Below, piece by piece: positions 59,747-64,000 of a DNA stretch of 64,000 nt (position 1 is the stretch's first letter; the number at the start of each line of letters is the position of its first letter). This DNA comes from Tubiluchus corallicola. Taxonomy: Eukaryota > Animalia > Priapulida. Made by a program: the position numbers and the translations under genes. The stretch spans positions 1 to 64,000 of the forward strand of contig JAQGDQ010002385.1 of NCBI GenBank assembly GCA_030141605.1, written 5' to 3'. The notes below the pieces were generated by a model. That model made no database searches and was not told the DNA's origin. It saw nothing but the letters and a program-made list of their open reading frames with translations.

Positions 59747-60553
59747 AGTAAGTTCTCCTTTATTTGTATAAGTTGAGGTCAATGCATTCATCACATCTTC
59801 AAAGGTGCCTAAATCATCAACCATATGACTGTTTTTGGCATCGCGACCGACAACAACGCCACCGCGACCAAAATCCCGACGCACCGTATCCACAGAAACA
59901 TTCCTGTATTTAGCAATCGCCTCGATAAATTCGGTTTCAAGACTATCCAGCTCTCGCCGTATTTCCGTCATACCGTCTACCGTTCTTGGATCAGGACGCT
60001 TGTTTTTCGCATTGCTTGAGACAATCTCGATAGTGCGATAACCCTCACTGTCAGGATTTTCCTGAACAGGAACGGCTGTCACAACACCAATACTTCCGAC
60101 AAGTGCAGAACGGTTAGCAATTACTTTATCGGCACTGCTTGCAAGCCAGTAAGCTGCCGAACATCCATGCCGTCCGATATAAGCCCAGACGGGTTTTTGC
60201 GAGCGTGCCTGATGAATCATTTCAGCAACTTCACACGGACCCACGGCAACACCACCGGGACTGTCTATATCCAGCAAAATTGATTTGATGCTATCATCTC
60301 TCAACGCCTGCCTGAAATCTTTTACAAGCACGTCCAACGCCGTTCCTCCGAAAAAGAAGGAAAGGAAATTATCCTGTGCAGTAATCGGTCCTTTGACAGG
60401 AATAACTGCCGTACCGTCTCTGATGGATACGGTTCTAGTATTTTTCATCGGCGGATCACTTGAAAAAGAAAAGGCTTCCGAACCCGTAGCCATACTTTTT
60501 AATGTCTCGGGCTCTATCGCCCAATGTTTTGCTATGCTTAAAAGTTTATGCAT
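59153..60553 (-). CDS. S49 prohead protease (lambda gpC-like) with C-terminal scaffold
   Basis: LDIDSPGG, CSAAYWLAS, VGSIGV; Ala/Glu/Lys-rich C-terminal half. Confidence 0.92.
   Translation of the reverse strand: MHKLLSIAKHWAIEPETLKSMATGSEAFSFSSDPPMKNTRTVSIRDGTAVIPVKGPITAQDNFLSFFFGGTALDVLVKDFRQALRDDSIKSILLDIDSPGGVAVGPCEVAEMIHQARSQKPVWAYIGRHGCSAAYWLASSADKVIANRSALVGSIGVVTAVPVQENPDSEGYRTIEIVSSNAKNKRPDPRTVDGMTEIRRELDSLETEFIEAIAKYRNVSVDTVRRDFGRGGVVVGRDAKNSHMVDDLGTFEDVMNALTSTYTNKGELTMNKTNETLPANAVPANAVPANAVLKEQITADYIKKDFSAIYEAFKQEGFNEGQDKGAIEAKALGVKEGAEAERNRLTAIEEASLPGHEDLVAKAKSDPEMTAEKLALAIVAAEKAKGGDFLKAAKAAEDKLPEIKPSVAKTADENKVDPNAPLEDRAKAEWDKCPKLRAEFGDDFEAYLAFKKADESGQVRILGGGK
59679..59723 (-). 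repeat. 15-bp tandem repeat x3 (PANAV)
   Basis: Plus strand ACAGCATTAGCTGGC ACAGCATTTGCCGGT ACAGCATTAGCTGGT. Confidence 0.85.
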
Positions 60554-62126
60554 CTTCTTTTTCCTCATCGTTGTTTGGCATTGAATCTTCAGGTTGTTTA
60601 CTTTCCTCTACAAGTCCGGCTTCCTTTCTCATCTTCTGTTCTTTGGCAGATTGCGGATGTTTGCGTTCCCAGTCTCCACCTGTAATTTGTGCCGTTTCTT
60701 CCGCAAGTGTTGTAATGCCAAGATTAATACGTGTTTCTGCAGCCTTGATTTCCTTTAGCTGGTCAATCTGTCCGCGAGGCGGTCCGATCCATTCAGCTCC
60801 CAAGTAAGCAGCACGAATAATCGGACTGGAGAAAAAACCCGGTGCCTTGAGAATTCCCGTTGCAACAGCTTCTGCAATCACCAGCTCATAAACAGGCTGG
60901 CAGAATTTATCTGAAAGCCATGAACGACGAGCAGAAAAAAACTTCCACGCCTCAACCAGAGCAGCTTGGGCAGCAGAATAACTTGCCGTAAAATGTTTGA
61001 TCAGAATTTCAAACGGAATCTCCAATGCAACGCCGATTTGCCTTAATATAGCTTGCACAAAAGGATCAAAGGCTTGATTCGGACGCTTGGGATCGGCAAC
61101 TTCAATGCTTTCATTTGGTTGCAGATCTAAAATCGCACCCGGTGCAATTTTGTAATCATTATCACGAATAGTGCCGCCCGTTTCATCCGTTGGACTCATT
61201 GCTCCCAAACCTTCCTCTTCTTCCGATTTTACAAAAATCGTGAACATGGAAGAAATTACAGCAGACATAATCTCCGCTTCCGTATATCTATCGATCTGTT
61301 TCAAGCTCTCAATTACGGGAGAAAGATACGGTACTCCACGAGTTAAACCCGGACGAATACGGCTGAATATATGAAAAACCTGCCGTGATCCGTCATCAGC
61401 AAAAGCAGGAAGTCTGACACTTTTATTTTCTCCCTTGTGATAATCACCTGGATGATGTTCGGTAATATGATAGGCAACAGGTGCTCCAACTGTATTCATT
61501 TCAACACCGCCTGCAAGAGTTGTGCTGTCAGCCTTGAAATTCGGATTAGCGATGCGGTCTGCTTCAATAATTTGAAGAGCCAAACCAACTAATTTATCCT
61601 TATGTTTGGAAAAACGTCTTACAATAAAAACATCTCCGCTTTCCAAACAAGACCTTAAAATCAGGTTTTGAAGCTCCTTGAAATTCTGTGTGCGTGTAAT
61701 ATCGCAATCGCTACTGTCCGCCCAAAGTCTGAAAATCCTTTCTGCCTGACGTTCAAATTTATCCGCATCTTCATCATTCTTAATATAAGGCTTAAGTATT
61801 TCCCGATCTATACGTGATTGCACACGCAGTCCCGTACCGACAACGTTGGTTACAAGGGTATTTATCGCTCCGGTTGCAAGTGGTGCGTTGCGGAGTAGAT
61901 CACGAGAGCGTTCACGTAAATCCGGCAAATCAGGAAGTGTAACCGTATCTGCTGATCCATCTGCTGTTTGCCAGCTTTTAGTTTGACGGCGATCGCGTCT
62001 TGCTCCGGTATATCCACCGAATAGTGCCATACGCAGACGGGCTTCCGTCCGTCGCAATCCTGCTTGTGGATTCACATATGAAACAGCCTTATCAATCCAG
62101 TTTGATTTTACATTTAGCTTCTTCAT
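60546..62126 (-). CDS. Portal protein, lambda family
   Basis: LRERSRDL.RN, NVVGTG, R.G..RGVP, SYSAA.AAL, IDQLKE. Confidence 0.95.
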   Translation of the reverse strand: MKKLNVKSNWIDKAVSYVNPQAGLRRTEARLRMALFGGYTGARRDRRQTKSWQTADGSADTVTLPDLPDLRERSRDLLRNAPLATGAINTLVTNVVGTGLRVQSRIDREILKPYIKNDEDADKFERQAERIFRLWADSSDCDITRTQNFKELQNLILRSCLESGDVFIVRRFSKHKDKLVGLALQIIEADRIANPNFKADSTTLAGGVEMNTVGAPVAYHITEHHPGDYHKGENKSVRLPAFADDGSRQVFHIFSRIRPGLTRGVPYLSPVIESLKQIDRYTEAEIMSAVISSMFTIFVKSEEEEGLGAMSPTDETGGTIRDNDYKIAPGAILDLQPNESIEVADPKRPNQAFDPFVQAILRQIGVALEIPFEILIKHFTASYSAAQAALVEAWKFFSARRSWLSDKFCQPVYELVIAEAVATGILKAPGFFSSPIIRAAYLGAEWIGPPRGQIDQLKEIKAAETRINLGITTLAEETAQITGGDWERKHPQSAKEQKMRKEAGLVEESKQPEDSMPNNDEEKEDA

Positions 62127-62332
62127 ACCGGAGTTCCTCCGCGTACACGAATACCACCGCGTTTTTTACGATTAACTTTTGCAAGTAACCAGCGTTCACG
62201 CTCCTGCAGAACAGCAAGATCTGCTTTTTTAACACGTTGCCCGTTGTAATAGGCTTCCTGTGCTCCCGTAATAACATCAGTTATGGCTTGCTGGACTTCT
62301 ACAAGCTGTTCTTCGTAAGTTTTTATTGTCAT
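62123..62332 (-). CDS. Head completion protein (lambda gpW-like position)
   Basis: 69 aa; AI..V..G.Q.Y...G.....ADL..L; between terminase and portal. Confidence 0.75.
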   Translation of the reverse strand: MTIKTYEEQLVEVQQAITDVITGAQEAYYNGQRVKKADLAVLQERERWLLAKVNRKKRGGIRVRGGTPV

Positions 62333-64000
62333 TTAAAAAATTCCTTTTGATCTAACACCGCGTTTTCTGGCAATATTTGATTGCTGTTGTTCATTTTCAG
62401 AATTAACCGCACCGATTTTAAGAGGCATAGCCTTTATCTTTTCCGCAGAGCCGTTTAAGTTAAGCTTCCAGTTTCTCATCAATCCACGCAAAGCTGCAAA
62501 TGCATATACACGACAATCCAGCCCTTCCGTTGGAGAGCCTTCCTTACGTGGTTGCCATTCACGAACAGGACGTCCTTTAACATAGCGTGTACGAACGACT
62601 TCTGCCGTAATCTGGTTAAACCACTCACCATCACGTTCCATAGGAAAATGCCAGCATCCTGCACCTGCTTCATTGATCCGCAGACGCTTTACCAAAGTTT
62701 CTTTGGCATCATTAACTCCAATCACATAAACAGGTTTTTTAAGGCGTTTGTTTTGTGAAGGACGAGGCGGCCATATCGGCACTCCTGATCCTCGAGAACT
62801 TCCCTTGATTGCCCATATCCGTTTGGCACGGCGTTCATAACAATAGTTAATCACATGGTCGGTGTAGTGTCCGCCACTATCCACACAAGCAGCAGTAATG
62901 CCCATATTAGGAATTGTACGTTCATGTTCATAGGTACGATTAAGCACCTTATCTAAATCATCCCAAAGCTCGGGAGTAGAAGGATCACCAAAGAGTACAT
63001 GATAATCAATGCTCCAGCTTTCTTCATCCGTTCCCCAGCCTACAATTTCCAGTTCCAGTCGATTATCCTGCACATCCACACCGCAAGTTAGCAGTGCAAC
63101 ATCTTTTGGAATCCGTGGACCGTAATTTTCACGGCGTTTCATCAAACCTGTCGGATCAACGGCTTCTCCTGCCATATCCTCCCAAGTTTCTGCAAGCTTG
63201 GTGTTCGTCCATACCTGCAAGCGTGGAGGGTCTTTGTGAACCTCCGTAAATTCTTCGGCAATATCACTCCAGCTTGTCCAACCGTGTGGGCTGTAAAGCG
63301 ATGATAGATGAAAGGATACGGTTTTTCCTCCGTCATTACCTTCTGCCGTTGCTTTCCAATGACCTCTTGCAAGAATATCCGCTTTTTGATAATCCTCCCA
63401 GCGTGAACCGCATTTCTCACAAATATAGTGAGCAAGCGAAGGTTTTCCCTTCGGCCACTGCACCTGCGACCACTTTAATGTTTGATACTCTTCACAATTA
63501 GGACATGGCACAAGATATCTTCTCTGATCTCCTTCTTCAAATGCCGTTTCAATCCGACTGAAATACTTAATCGTCGGCGTGGATATCATAAATATCTTTC
63601 GATTGGCAAAGGTTGCAGTTCTTTGAATTGCAAGATTAACAGGATCACCTTCACTGCCTGCATCTTCAGGATAACCGTCCACTTCATCCATAAACAGATA
63701 ACGGATCGGCATGGAACGTAATCCTACTGCCGAATTTGCTCCCGTTAAGATTAACACCCCACCAGGAAATTCCTTCATCAAAACCGTGTTGCCACTATCC
63801 CTTGCTCGCGGGTCTTTTACCCGTTCACGCAAGACAGGACAATTATCAATCGCAGGATCAATCCGCATTTTTGAGCTTCGCTTGGAAGTCTCAACAGTCG
63901 GGTTAACCATCAACATCGGTCCAGGTGCATGATGAATGACAAAACCCATCCAGTTATTGCCGCATTCCGTTCCTCCGATCTGTGCTCCTTTCATAAACAC
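62333..64000 (-). CDS. Terminase large subunit (GpA family), 5' end beyond window
   Basis: KGAQIGGTE, FMDEVD, STPT, CP.C..C..C zinc site, GVDVQ..R, DSGG, E.LDC.VYA.AA. Confidence 0.96.
   Translation of the reverse strand: MFMKGAQIGGTECGNNWMGFVIHHAPGPMLMVNPTVETSKRSSKMRIDPAIDNCPVLRERVKDPRARDSGNTVLMKEFPGGVLILTGANSAVGLRSMPIRYLFMDEVDGYPEDAGSEGDPVNLAIQRTATFANRKIFMISTPTIKYFSRIETAFEEGDQRRYLVPCPNCEEYQTLKWSQVQWPKGKPSLAHYICEKCGSRWEDYQKADILARGHWKATAEGNDGGKTVSFHLSSLYSPHGWTSWSDIAEEFTEVHKDPPRLQVWTNTKLAETWEDMAGEAVDPTGLMKRRENYGPRIPKDVALLTCGVDVQDNRLELEIVGWGTDEESWSIDYHVLFGDPSTPELWDDLDKVLNRTYEHERTIPNMGITAACVDSGGHYTDHVINYCYERRAKRIWAIKGSSRGSGVPIWPPRPSQNKRLKKPVYVIGVNDAKETLVKRLRINEAGAGCWHFPMERDGEWFNQITAEVVRTRYVKGRPVREWQPRKEGSPTEGLDCRVYAFAALRGLMRNWKLNLNGSAEKIKAMPLKIGAVNSENEQQQSNIARKRGVRSKGIF

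Larger units (their letters stand above)
24000..64000. mobile_element. Prophage (myovirus-type late operon plus cargo/defence block), continuing past the right window edge
   Basis: Contiguous terminase-to-lysis operon 39.8-64 kb. Including the cargo and the left boundary is inferred from the excisionase-like HTH, the phage-type HAD gene and a composition change. Confidence 0.75.

Overview
Bacterial chromosome segment, probably an alphaproteobacterium (inference from a DriD-like regulator and the prophage type). It has three parts. (1) 1-~23.9 kb is host/island DNA: fixABC flavoprotein genes, NERD, arsR-acr3, a doubly frameshifted Schlafen/AlbA_2 gene, an AT-rich surface-glycan cluster (DegT-GNAT fusion, split transketolase, rfbFGH, glycosyltransferases), a delta-class carbonic anhydrase, a VOC protein and gene/tRNA debris. 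(2) ~24.2-39.8 kb is a cargo/defence block at the end of a prophage: HTH, HAD phosphatase, thermonuclease, DUF2779 nuclease, UvrD helicase, DriD-like WYL regulator, an EcoR124I-type (IC) Type I RM system, a relic second hsdR and GmrSD. (3) ~39.8-64 kb is a minus-strand myovirus late operon: lysis genes, P2-like contractile tail, many small fibre modules plus an RCC1 propeller protein, Mu gpT-like capsid and lambda-like portal/S49/GpA terminase. Best candidate for a new system: the DriD-like WYL protein plus three matching CGWC-N7-GWCG boxes. Two boxes each sit 11 bp upstream of a -10-like hexamer in front of the divergent HAD and thermonuclease-DUF2779 units, suggesting an ssDNA-triggered nuclease/nucleotidase regulon. 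A second candidate is an apparent motif-to-domain docking chain among the fibre proteins. Family calls come from motif recognition and recall; no database searches were run.
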